From positions 1-64,000 of IMG/VR virus record IMGVR_UViG_3300042691_042551: a stretch of DNA of 64,000 nt; one strand, written 5' to 3'. Origin of the DNA: a virus. Below are positions 57,472-64,000 of this stretch, piece after piece (within the stretch, counting starts at the first letter, position 1; every line of letters begins with the position of its first letter). The notes beneath the pieces were generated by a model. The model was not told the origin of the DNA. It made no database searches and saw nothing but the letters and a program-made list of their open reading frames with translations. The translations under genes were made by a program, and so were the position numbers.

Positions 57472-57912
57472 TTATAATACACCTTCATCTCTCATACTAT
57501 AGTAATTATCTTCAGTAATTATTAAGCTATCAAGCAATTCTATATCTAGTAACGCAAGAGCAGCTTTTATTTTACTTGACAATTTTTTGTCAGTATCACT
57601 AGGGTTTTTGTTACCGGATGGATGATTGTGTGCTACAATAACGCTTGATGCATGCGAAAGCAAAGCTGTTTGAGCAATCATTTTTATATCTGCAGTCGTA
57701 TAATCTGTAGCACCGCTACTATGTTTGTGTATAGCAATTACACGATTTGCCCGGTTTAATGCTATTACTAGAAACTCTTCACGCCATAGCATTGTATCTG
57801 AGTTGAAATAATTCCGTATTACCTTGGCTGTATCATCTGAAGATTTTACTATGTATTTTTCGTCTGTTTTGTTTTTCCACTTTACTGTTATTTCGATTTC
57901 TGGGAGTACCAT
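57472..57912 (-). CDS. RadC-like JAB/MPN metalloprotease domain protein
   Basis: 'REEFLVIALNRANRV' and JAMM motif 'AHNHPSG...PS..D', 'LLDSLII'. Confidence 0.92.
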   Translation of the reverse strand: MVLPEIEITVKWKNKTDEKYIVKSSDDTAKVIRNYFNSDTMLWREEFLVIALNRANRVIAIHKHSSGATDYTTADIKMIAQTALLSHASSVIVAHNHPSGNKNPSDTDKKLSSKIKAALALLDIELLDSLIITEDNYYSMRDEGVL

Positions 57913-58619
57913 AATTTTTGAATTTTTAATGTTTTACTATTGATAAATGCACCGTACCAATCGGTTTTATTATCGTTGAATAGAGACCAAACTAATTTGC
58001 CGGCTACTAATGCAACAAACTTATTAATCATTAAATCTTGCCTTTCTAATGCTTCTGCCAGTGAGCAGCTATTTCTGTTTTTTCTATCTACTTTGGTTTT
58101 TAAGTCGGGGTTAAAGTCAAATATTGACTTTGTGTTTTCAGCTTTTAATAGTACCTGGCCGGTTTCTTTGTCATTGCCGGTATCAAGCCACCCAAATAGT
58201 CTATTTTGTTCTATGTAATGAGGATTCATTGCTAATAGACTGTCGGCAAATATTCTAGGCTTTATTCTATCTGTACAGGTAATTATTAAGTTTGGATATT
58301 CTCTATAGCTTTTCTCGCTAAACAAGTTTGGGCTACTTTCCCATTTGTAACCATAAAATCGGTTAATTCGTTCTATCGTTACTTCGGCTTTGTTTCTACC
58401 AATATCTTGTTCGTTGAATAGTTGCCTACCAAAATTTGCTTCAGTCACTACATCTGGATCCATCGCAGCTACTTTTATACCCTTTTTACCTAGCTTTATA
58501 AGGGCATGGTTGATTCTGGCCAACTCCTGCAATAGCATTGAACCGGTGCCACCGCAACCAGCTACAAGTATCTTGGTTTGGTGTATGTCTCTTAAAACAT
58601 ATTTTTTTAGATTTTCCAT
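57888..58619 (-). CDS. PRTRC-type ThiF/E1 ubiquitin-like activating enzyme
   Basis: VAGCGGTG, 'DPDVVTEANFGRQ', 'NKA', 'TCTD', 'WLDTGN...GQV', catalytic 'SCSLAEALERQDLMIN'. Confidence 0.93.
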   Translation of the reverse strand: MENLKKYVLRDIHQTKILVAGCGGTGSMLLQELARINHALIKLGKKGIKVAAMDPDVVTEANFGRQLFNEQDIGRNKAEVTIERINRFYGYKWESSPNLFSEKSYREYPNLIITCTDRIKPRIFADSLLAMNPHYIEQNRLFGWLDTGNDKETGQVLLKAENTKSIFDFNPDLKTKVDRKNRNSCSLAEALERQDLMINKFVALVAGKLVWSLFNDNKTDWYGAFINSKTLKIQKLWYSQKSK

Positions 58620-59242
58620 TTTCTTTTTACCAATAATTCTATTGGAAACTCTTTTTTACCTAGGAGTTTTCCATATTTTGATGTGCTTAGTTTAGTCTTA
58701 TTTGTAAAATGAGTGAATATTGAGTTTTCAAAAACGCATGATTCAACTTCTTTTATGATCTCAGCAATGTTTTGTTTTTTCTTAGGTTCTGCATTTCCAA
58801 AGCAAAATGTATCAGAATTATTAGGGATAGGTCCATAATAGTAGTTTTCTTCACCGCATTCGGCCACAATTTCTAAAATGAATAATTTGGTGTTGTATTT
58901 CCAAATTAGGTCAGGTACCGGATACATTCCAGATTCAATGCCCATATCTACATCAAAATACATCTGTCTTTGTCCTTTTGAGGTTTTCCACCATAATGTG
59001 CATCCATTTCCTTTTGCATTAATTTTTATGAGGTTTTGAGGAATATCTCCTTCTAGTACGGTATTTTCTTCCTTTTTAAGCAATTCAGCAGCATACTTTT
59101 CAAAAGATGAAAGATCTACTGGTTTACCAGCAGATAATTTGCCATCTATAATTCTTCTTTCTTCTATTAATGTTTCATTACCCAAATTAGATCCATAGAA
59201 TATTAAGGCTTTACTTGGTACGTATTTTTTATCGAATTGCAT
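58607..59242 (-). CDS. PRTRC system protein B (prokaryotic E2-like)
   Basis: 'LSAGKPV', 'IPQNLI', 'LWW....R.MYF', 'PVPDLIW', 'GPIPN..DTFCFGNA', 'FENSIFTH'. Confidence 0.82.
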   Translation of the reverse strand: MQFDKKYVPSKALIFYGSNLGNETLIEERRIIDGKLSAGKPVDLSSFEKYAAELLKKEENTVLEGDIPQNLIKINAKGNGCTLWWKTSKGQRQMYFDVDMGIESGMYPVPDLIWKYNTKLFILEIVAECGEENYYYGPIPNNSDTFCFGNAEPKKKQNIAEIIKEVESCVFENSIFTHFTNKTKLSTSKYGKLLGKKEFPIELLVKRKWKI

Positions 59243-60162
59243 AAATTAAAGATTATTTCATCATTGATTAAAGCACATACTTTATCATGATAATCTTCTA
59301 TTTTTACTTTTTTTTCAGGTGTATAAAGATTTCCAACAAGCTTGCTTCCACACATTCCAAAGCCCTCTTCGTGTGATCTAATCTGACTTATTATTTCTTG
59401 TTCTTGCGGTCCATCATCTCTTACAAAAACGTAAGTTAGCGATTCATGTATTGATTCTTCCGAATTTTTTATTGCAAATCCAGCCTGCAGATAAACATTC
59501 TTATAAACCAATTCCAAAACTTTACAAAGCCATTCATATAGTTTAGCTGATTTTACCAATTTAATTTGATCAGAAAACTCTTTTATCGTGCATGGTATTT
59601 TAGGACTAGCAATGTACTTTTTTTTAATAAGTTGCGAATAATACATACTTGCAGCCTTTTTTTCTTCTATAGTAGTTGCGGAAGATAGATTATCATAGTA
59701 TATTTCTTTGGTATAGTCTGCAAAAACATTATCGCTCATGCTATAAAAACCCATTCTTTCAAATATCCATAATGCCATTCTAATTGCTTTGCTATCGGGC
59801 AATCTCATATCTAAGCTTAGTATTGGACCGATTCTTACAATGTGAGGCCTTATTTCAAGTTCTTGGCTAACAGTGATAAGCAGTTCATAGTCAGATTCAA
59901 TAATATCAAAATCGCCTATTTTTTGGTGTGTTAAATCAATTAATTTGGAAATAGCCTCTTGTCGATTCTTGCACTGTTCAAAATCAGTATGCTTTATAAA
60001 TCGATTTTTCAGAGCAATGTTATACAAGATTTCAAGTTTATCGATTGATATGTCTTTTTCTGAATTTATTTCTATTTCATACTTTGGCCTTATGGTAATG
60101 TGCTCGGTAAGCAATCTTTCGCTGTTTCTTTTTGGTCTTCGAACTCCCTGTATGTTTGCCAT
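59203..60162 (-). CDS. PRTRC cassette protein in the protein-F position (function unknown)
   Basis: 319 aa between protein C and protein B, overlapping B; assignment is positional only. Confidence 0.5.
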   Translation of the reverse strand: MANIQGVRRPKRNSERLLTEHITIRPKYEIEINSEKDISIDKLEILYNIALKNRFIKHTDFEQCKNRQEAISKLIDLTHQKIGDFDIIESDYELLITVSQELEIRPHIVRIGPILSLDMRLPDSKAIRMALWIFERMGFYSMSDNVFADYTKEIYYDNLSSATTIEEKKAASMYYSQLIKKKYIASPKIPCTIKEFSDQIKLVKSAKLYEWLCKVLELVYKNVYLQAGFAIKNSEESIHESLTYVFVRDDGPQEQEIISQIRSHEEGFGMCGSKLVGNLYTPEKKVKIEDYHDKVCALINDEIIFNLCNSIKNTYQVKP

Positions 60163-60194
60163 TTTTTAAGCCGTTTTTTAACTTTAATTAAACT

Positions 60195-60224
60195 AAAAAA
60201 GCGAGGAGTTTCCCCCTCGCTTTT
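60195..60224 (-). terminator. intrinsic terminator/attenuator after the Ubl gene
   Basis: Plus strand A6-GCGAGG-loop-CCTCGC-TTTT, giving a U6 tail on the minus strand. Confidence 0.7.
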
Positions 60225-60240
60225 CTTTCTATTGTTACTT

Positions 60241-60450
60241 TTAGCCATTGGTACCCATTTTTGTTTTTATCTCGTAGATAAGCAGTTCCTCGGTTGAGTT
60301 CTTTGAGCGTTGTATAGCTGCAGAAATAAACTCGGGATACTGGTTTGAATAAAATTCTATCACCTGATAAGGCGTTGCGGTCGGGTCCGGATCCGGGAGA
60401 GTTTTATTATCATAGATAAACTCTCGTTTGATAGATTGTACTTTTAGCAT
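60241..60450 (-). CDS. PRTRC system protein C (prokaryotic ubiquitin-like protein)
   Basis: 'REFIYDNKTLPDPDP..TP.QV.EFYSNQYPE...A.I' and C-terminal GTNG (family consensus GTKG). Confidence 0.9.
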   Translation of the reverse strand: MLKVQSIKREFIYDNKTLPDPDPTATPYQVIEFYSNQYPEFISAAIQRSKNSTEELLIYEIKTKMGTNG

Positions 60451-60452
60451 AA

Positions 60453-60899
60453 TTAAAACAAGGTTGGAGTTTCTACTGCTTTTGGTTTTGCTATTTCGGC
60501 TGATGAATCAGTTTCTTCTGCATTATCTTCTTCTTCTTCTTCTTCTTCTATTTTTTGCAAACTAGCGTTTGATGTTGCCGGTTTAGATGGTTGTTTAGGG
60601 TTTCTTTTCTTTTGAAGCTTGTCTTTTTCAGCTTGATCAATTTGGCGAAGGATTTTAATGTTTTCCTCAATGTTGGAAACAATTCCTTTTACCTCGTTGA
60701 TTTTGTCTTTGTTTAGCACGCTAAAAAACTCACTGTCAAGTTCATCTATTGTACCGCTAATAACGATAGGTTCAAAAGCTTTTTCTTTACTTTCAAGCAC
60801 TATCATTACTGATACTTTCTCATTGATTTTTGCAATAGTCATGTTTAGTTTGCCCGCTTCCATTAGCGGCAATACTTGGCTGAAAAAATTAGTTGTCAT
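60453..60899 (-). CDS. PRTRC system protein E
   Basis: 'NFFSQV' N-terminus, 'PIVISGTIDELDSEFF', acidic low-complexity tail; directly upstream of protein C. Confidence 0.85.
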   Translation of the reverse strand: MTTNFFSQVLPLMEAGKLNMTIAKINEKVSVMIVLESKEKAFEPIVISGTIDELDSEFFSVLNKDKINEVKGIVSNIEENIKILRQIDQAEKDKLQKKRNPKQPSKPATSNASLQKIEEEEEEEDNAEETDSSAEIAKPKAVETPTLF

Positions 60900-60901
60900 T
60901 G

Positions 60902-61441
60902 TTATTTATTTAAGCTTTCTATGAACTGTTCTAGCGTATAGACAGTGTAGTTTATTTTTTTATTTCTACCGGTAGGAGTCAGCAAATACTTTTTAGGCGT
61001 AAAAGTGCTCTTAAATAGCTTTGTGGGCTGTACTAGATTAACAAATAGCCCGTAATTGGCCATCAACCATTTTCTATTGAGAGAGTTTAACCTGGTCATG
61101 TTGTGATGATCGTACTCCGGCTTTACTTCAAAAATGCAGGGAGTGCCCTCTTTTGTTTGAAGGAACATGTGCTTTTCCCACTTTTGACCATTCTTTGCTA
61201 CAAATACACCATAAGCCTTTTCCGTAAACTCTATTTCAGCATCAGGCGTATATACGTGTTGCTCTAGTATTGTTTGAACTTCTAAAACAACACCTTTTTT
61301 GCTTTGCCGTTCATATTGACGGGCAAAACCACCGGTAAGTGCATATGTTTTGGGAGCTTCCCAAGATTTAATATAACCGGCTTCTTTTAGTTCTTCTATC
61401 CACCAAGAGAACCATATTTCTTCATTACTTTTAAACTCCAT
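60902..61441 (-). CDS. PD-(D/E)xK endonuclease (DUF1064/resolvase-like)
   Basis: 'FKSNEE', 'YTPD', 'FEVK' catalytic pattern. Confidence 0.75.
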   Translation of the reverse strand: MEFKSNEEIWFSWWIEELKEAGYIKSWEAPKTYALTGGFARQYERQSKKGVVLEVQTILEQHVYTPDAEIEFTEKAYGVFVAKNGQKWEKHMFLQTKEGTPCIFEVKPEYDHHNMTRLNSLNRKWLMANYGLFVNLVQPTKLFKSTFTPKKYLLTPTGRNKKINYTVYTLEQFIESLNK

Positions 61442-61706
61442 CGATTGATTTCATTATGTTTTCTATTGGTTGTTCGTATATTAATGTGATTTTTGATACG
61501 TTGAATGGCGAAGATTGGCGGTTTCTGAATAGGTAAATAGCCGAAGGATTATCTTTTTCATCGTATTTTTCCTTAATGATATTAACCAGTTTGTTTTCGT
61601 ATTGAATATAATCTGCTTGATTAACAATCAATTCATCAGCATCAAATATGAACTCGTATTCCCTTGATATGTTTGTTTCAGTCTTGTTTATTTCTTTTAT
61701 GTGCAT
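61431..61706 (-). CDS. hypothetical protein
   Basis: Overlaps the nuclease gene. Confidence 0.6.
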   Translation of the reverse strand: MHIKEINKTETNISREYEFIFDADELIVNQADYIQYENKLVNIIKEKYDEKDNPSAIYLFRNRQSSPFNVSKITLIYEQPIENIMKSIDGV

Positions 61707-61731
61707 AAAACAAAAGGGGCTTTCGCCCCTT
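61707..61731 (-). terminator. intrinsic terminator
   Basis: Minus strand GGGGC-GAAA-GCCCC-TTTTGTTTT after the SSB-like gene. Confidence 0.8.
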
Positions 61732-61733
61732 GA

Positions 61734-62375
61734 TTAGAATGGTAAATCATCTTCAGGCAATACCTTTGGAATATCCTGAATTGTGTTGAATACCGGAGCA
61801 TTCATTTTTGGTTCGGGATGGTGCTGGTTTTGCTGTGCATTTCCACCTGACTCTTTTTCTGAAGACAATTCAGCAGTGTAGTTTTTGATAACTTTGTTTA
61901 GTCCTGATTGTTCTAGCATCATTGCCATTGTTTCTTCAGTGTATAGCGCAAGAGCTGAACTGAAGGAATGACCAGCCGGAATACCTTCAACTGACATTCT
62001 CTGAATGGCAATATCGGTAGCAGCAATAGTAAGCTTTACCTTATTGTTGCAGATCAGGTCTAATTTGCTGTACTTACTCGAACCGGAGTATCCACCAGGC
62101 TTATATCCATTTGATGGTTTTTGTTCATTTACCGGCTTATAGACAATATTGGTGTATTGTCCATTCTGGCGAACACTTCTCTCAAACTTGGTTTCTACCC
62201 CTACGGTAAACTTATTACACGTTGAAGATGTAGAATGCCATTCACCGGTTTCTGTGCCGTTGTTATACTGCATTGTAATTGAATGGACGTAAATTGTGCC
62301 ACCCATCTTTGATTGGTAGCTTTTTTTGGCTTCTGTGATTTCGGTTGGTGTACCTGTTAGAATTGTTGGTGTCAT
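61734..62375 (-). CDS. putative single-stranded DNA-binding protein
   Basis: OB-like N-terminus, Gly/Ser linker, C-terminal EDDLPF; located in the replication block. Confidence 0.65.
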   Translation of the reverse strand: MTPTILTGTPTEITEAKKSYQSKMGGTIYVHSITMQYNNGTETGEWHSTSSTCNKFTVGVETKFERSVRQNGQYTNIVYKPVNEQKPSNGYKPGGYSGSSKYSKLDLICNNKVKLTIAATDIAIQRMSVEGIPAGHSFSSALALYTEETMAMMLEQSGLNKVIKNYTAELSSEKESGGNAQQNQHHPEPKMNAPVFNTIQDIPKVLPEDDLPF

Positions 62376-62377
62376 AA

Positions 62378-62638
62378 TTAAAAATTGGTATTTGTATCTA
62401 GTTCTTCTATTAATATTTTAGCTACTGCTTCTGGAGTTACTCCAAACGGGCTACAATATTCACCATAATTTTCGGTTTTCAAAACTATTTTATTGTGACT
62501 GTTTACAAAAATACCAGTTATAATATCGGTAGATATACACTGTATTTTGTTATCTTTCATTCCATAAATTTTAGAATGGTGCAATATGTCCAGGGATTGG
62601 CATAAAATTGCTGTCATTTTCTTCTTCAGAGTACTCAT
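62378..62638 (-). CDS. hypothetical protein
   Basis: Fills the gap between DnaB and the SSB-like gene; start uncertain. Confidence 0.55.
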   Translation of the reverse strand: MSTLKKKMTAILCQSLDILHHSKIYGMKDNKIQCISTDIITGIFVNSHNKIVLKTENYGEYCSPFGVTPEAVAKILIEELDTNTNF

Positions 62639-63980
62639 TTGATGAATTATTAAATCTTCTATTTAGTTCTATTGATAGCTCGTTTTCTGCTATTTGTGGA
62701 TCTTCTATGTAGGCAAACGCTTTTTGCCACGTCATTTTCTTGGTAAAAGGACTTCCACCACGAAACTTCTTGAAGATAAACATTATTTTGTCTTGGTCCT
62801 CAGGGGCAACATCTACTTTATCTTTGTAGTAATCTGGTCGAAATAAAAAACAAACCATGTCGGCATCCTGTTCCAATGAACCAGAATCACGCAAATCTTC
62901 CAAATCGGGTATAAAGTCTTCTATTTTAGCCTTTTTGTTATCTGTTCTCTTGGTTATCCTAGATAGTTGAGATAAAGCAATAATTGGCACATCAAGCTTT
63001 TTTGCTAGTCTTTTTAGACGTTGTGATACGTTGCCTACCTTCTCATTCATATTGTTGCCGTTTCCGCCTGTAATGAGTTGCAAATAGTCAATTACTATGA
63101 TTTTTACTCCTTTGTTGATTACTAAGGCTTCGGTTTTGGTTTCAATATCGTCTATCGAGTATATGTTGTCTATCAAATGACCGTGCTCGGGCATCGTTTT
63201 ACAGACCATTTGAAACAATCTCATTTCTTCTTCGCTAAAAGCGCCAGCCGTAATCTTGTTAAGATTAGTATGGTTTATCGCTGAGAATATCCGCTTTATG
63301 ATTTCGGATGAACGCATTTCCAAAGAGAAAAAAGCAAATGGTATTGAACTTTTAAATAGGTAGTTTTGGATCATTGATACAACACATGCAGTTTTGCCCA
63401 TCCCGGGCCGTCCGGCTATAAGTATCAAATTAGTCTTTCCCCAACCACCTGTATGCTGATCTATTGATAAAAAACCGGTAGATACGCCAGGCGTTCTTCC
63501 TTTTTCCTTGTTTATCCTTTCTTCTTCAGCTATTTGCTTTGCAATGGTCCTTGTATCTGTTGGTGTTATGTTCTTTAGTTCAATCATTTCATCAAGCTTT
63601 CCACGTATTCCATTTATCCACTCAAATACATCTTCATTTGATTTATTAGCATTTACCATTGCAAATGCTGTGCTTAGTAGGTCTTTTGCATGAACTTCTA
63701 TTGAGAGTTCTTTTAACAATCTTGTCTCTTTTACAATGAGTTGTTGGCTTTTTTGCTCAAGATAATACTCTTGTATCTTAGCAATTTTTGAAGGTACTAT
63801 TTTTTCAAGAACTTTGTCCTTTTTTAACCATAACAACAATAGTTCGGGAGAGTCAATAACTGTGGCCGATTTGTACGCATTTACAATGGAACTAAAGATA
63901 AGCCTGTTTTCTTCATCTGAAAAATCAGTTTCTTTTATGTACTGAAGTATTTTCAGGTAATTCTCTTCCGATGTTATCAT
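62571..63980 (-). CDS. dnaB: replicative DNA helicase, DnaB family
   Basis: AGRPGMGKT, FFSLEM, VIDYLQL, ALSQLSR, LRDSGSLEQDADMV. Confidence 0.95.
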   Translation of the reverse strand: MITSEENYLKILQYIKETDFSDEENRLIFSSIVNAYKSATVIDSPELLLLWLKKDKVLEKIVPSKIAKIQEYYLEQKSQQLIVKETRLLKELSIEVHAKDLLSTAFAMVNANKSNEDVFEWINGIRGKLDEMIELKNITPTDTRTIAKQIAEEERINKEKGRTPGVSTGFLSIDQHTGGWGKTNLILIAGRPGMGKTACVVSMIQNYLFKSSIPFAFFSLEMRSSEIIKRIFSAINHTNLNKITAGAFSEEEMRLFQMVCKTMPEHGHLIDNIYSIDDIETKTEALVINKGVKIIVIDYLQLITGGNGNNMNEKVGNVSQRLKRLAKKLDVPIIALSQLSRITKRTDNKKAKIEDFIPDLEDLRDSGSLEQDADMVCFLFRPDYYKDKVDVAPEDQDKIMFIFKKFRGGSPFTKKMTWQKAFAYIEDPQIAENELSIELNRRFNNSSNEYSEEENDSNFMPIPGHIAPF

Positions 63981-64000
63981 GCTTGAAATTACCTTTAATT

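Larger units (their letters stand above)
1..64000. other. Segment of a crAss-like (Crassvirales-type) tailed phage genome, probable Bacteroidota host
   Basis: Gene order TerL-portal-scaffold-MCP-three ~210-290 aa genes-IHF-like-tube-large stabilisation protein-cargo-giant RNAP matches the crAss-like virion module; Bacteroidota-type TAnnTTTG promoters; no host housekeeping genes or integrase in the window. Confidence 0.85.

Noticed and set aside
57472-57912. DNA repair gene radC
   Set aside because: Only the JAB domain is present (no HhH region), and the repair annotation of this family is not supported; no gene symbol given
57888-58619. ThiF as a thiamine/molybdopterin biosynthesis auxiliary metabolic gene
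   Set aside because: No Zn-binding CxxC pairs and no ThiS/ThiG/MoaD partners; motifs and neighbours match the PRTRC E1 family
1-64000. Stop-codon reassignment (TAG or TGA recoding) as in some gut crAss-like phages
   Set aside because: Long genes are intact under code 11, and both TGA (TerL) and TAG (17516..18178) act as stops at gene junctions

Overview
This AT-rich 64-kb window is part of a crAss-like (Crassvirales-type) phage genome that probably infects a Bacteroidota host, judged from TAnnTTTG promoters and the use of the standard genetic code. It has three blocks. (1) 1-8.3 kb, minus strand: small accessory/early genes interspersed with two families of intergenic repeats. (2) 8.5-53.4 kb, plus strand: the virion module in crAss-like order, namely terminase, portal, scaffold, major capsid, ring/IHF-like/tube genes, muzzle/stabilisation protein, ejected cargo, one 5152-aa virion RNA-polymerase polyprotein (DNDGD plus HEAFH zincin motifs), tail fibres, lysis genes and a Tad2/DUF2829-like gene. 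(3) 53.4-64 kb, minus strand: a replication block with a DnaB helicase, SSB-like protein, PD-(D/E)xK nuclease, SNF2 helicase and CHC2-Toprim primase. The most striking element sits inside block 3: a compact PRTRC-type ubiquitin-like conjugation cassette (protein E, Ubl protein C ending GTNG, a 319-aa gene in the protein-F position, E2-like protein B, ThiF/E1, RadC-type JAB protease) with no ParB gene visible in the window. Other leads are a fixed-spacing inverted-repeat motif 10 nt upstream of four early start codons, a 56-bp direct repeat flanking one gene, and a candidate antisense sRNA with a 6-codon uORF in the primase leader. All family assignments come from motif recognition and gene order by eye; no searches were run.
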